The translations under genes and the position numbers were made by a program. Shown piece after piece: positions 15,679 to 15,964 of a stretch of 15,964 nt of DNA. The DNA lies in NCBI GenBank assembly GCA_042218325.1, contig JBDGRE010000020.1:1-15964 (forward strand), read 5' to 3'. The notes below the pieces were generated by a model. It did no database searches. It worked only from the letters and a program-made list of their open reading frames with translations, and had not been told where the DNA came from. The stretch is from Candidatus Nanohaloarchaea archaeon. GTDB taxonomy: Archaea; Nanohalarchaeota; Nanosalinia; Nanosalinales; Nanosalinaceae. The stretch's first letter is position 1, and each line of letters begins with the position of its first letter.

Positions 15679-15933
15679 ATGGGACAGATGGGTCGGCAAA
15701 GAATGCGGTGTCCTGAGATCCTGCACGAGATAGCGGAGGACCACCGCGAAAACGGAGAAACCAAAGGCGAGGCACTAGCCCGCTACGTCCGCTCCCTCAG
15801 AGACGGCGACAACATCGAGGAGTTCAAAAACAGATTCAGAAATCTGTCAGACGAAGAACAGCTCCTCTTCATGAAGTTCGCATTCACCCACGGAAACCCG
15901 ATAGAAGACATGAATCAGCAGGTGACGGCATAG
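15679..15933 (+). CDS. Putative RHH-like DNA-binding protein, first gene of the early operon
   Basis: Short strand followed by helices (QRMRCPEILHEIAEDHRENGETKGEALARYV); leaderless behind a TATA box. Confidence 0.65.
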   Translation: MGQMGRQRMRCPEILHEIAEDHRENGETKGEALARYVRSLRDGDNIEEFKNRFRNLSDEEQLLFMKFAFTHGNPIEDMNQQVTA

Positions 15934-15964
15934 ACGATGCCGCACACTGCTTTTGCTCGTATGA

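Larger units (their letters stand above)
1..15964. mobile_element. Putative temperate spindle-shaped archaeal virus genome, probably circular
   Basis: Small hydrophobic hairpin capsid protein, P-loop ATPase, large membrane-anchored adhesin, tyrosine integrase and RHH/AbrB/wHTH regulators. Genes are tightly coupled by ATGA/GTGA overlaps, have archaeal TATA-type promoters, and include no cellular housekeeping genes. Confidence 0.8.

Noticed and set aside
1-15964. Pleolipovirus or tailed virus assignment
   Set aside because: No HUH Rep, terminase, portal or HK97 capsid motifs; the small hairpin MCP and its paralogues fit spindle-shaped viruses better, though pleolipovirus affinity is not formally excluded without searches

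Overview
The window looks like the complete or nearly complete, probably circular, ~16 kb genome of a temperate spindle-shaped (lemon-shaped) virus of a halophilic archaeon. A nanohaloarchaeal host is possible but only inferred. Four modules are visible. (1) An early/replication region (15679 across the end to 3025) encodes RHH, Zn-finger, wHTH and coiled-coil-wHTH proteins, a VRR-NUC nuclease and a DUF736-like protein. It also holds a ~280 bp non-coding, nested inverted-repeat region (candidate origin) and a tRNA-like minihelix. (2) A minus-strand structural operon (10397 to 2996) includes a 710 aa low-complexity protein, two capsid-like hydrophobic hairpin proteins, a mosaic 1045 aa Ig-like spike/adhesin, membrane proteins and a small basic protein. 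(3) A plus-strand operon runs from a His1/fusellovirus-type major capsid protein to a P-loop ATPase. (4) A lysogeny/regulation block has an AbrB-like gene missed by the ORF track, a tyrosine integrase with a C-terminal Zn ribbon, and divergent RHH genes. No DNA polymerase, primase, MCM, Orc1/Cdc6 or HUH Rep is recognisable, so replication may use an uncharacterised initiator plus origin. All family assignments are motif recognition by eye, not database results.
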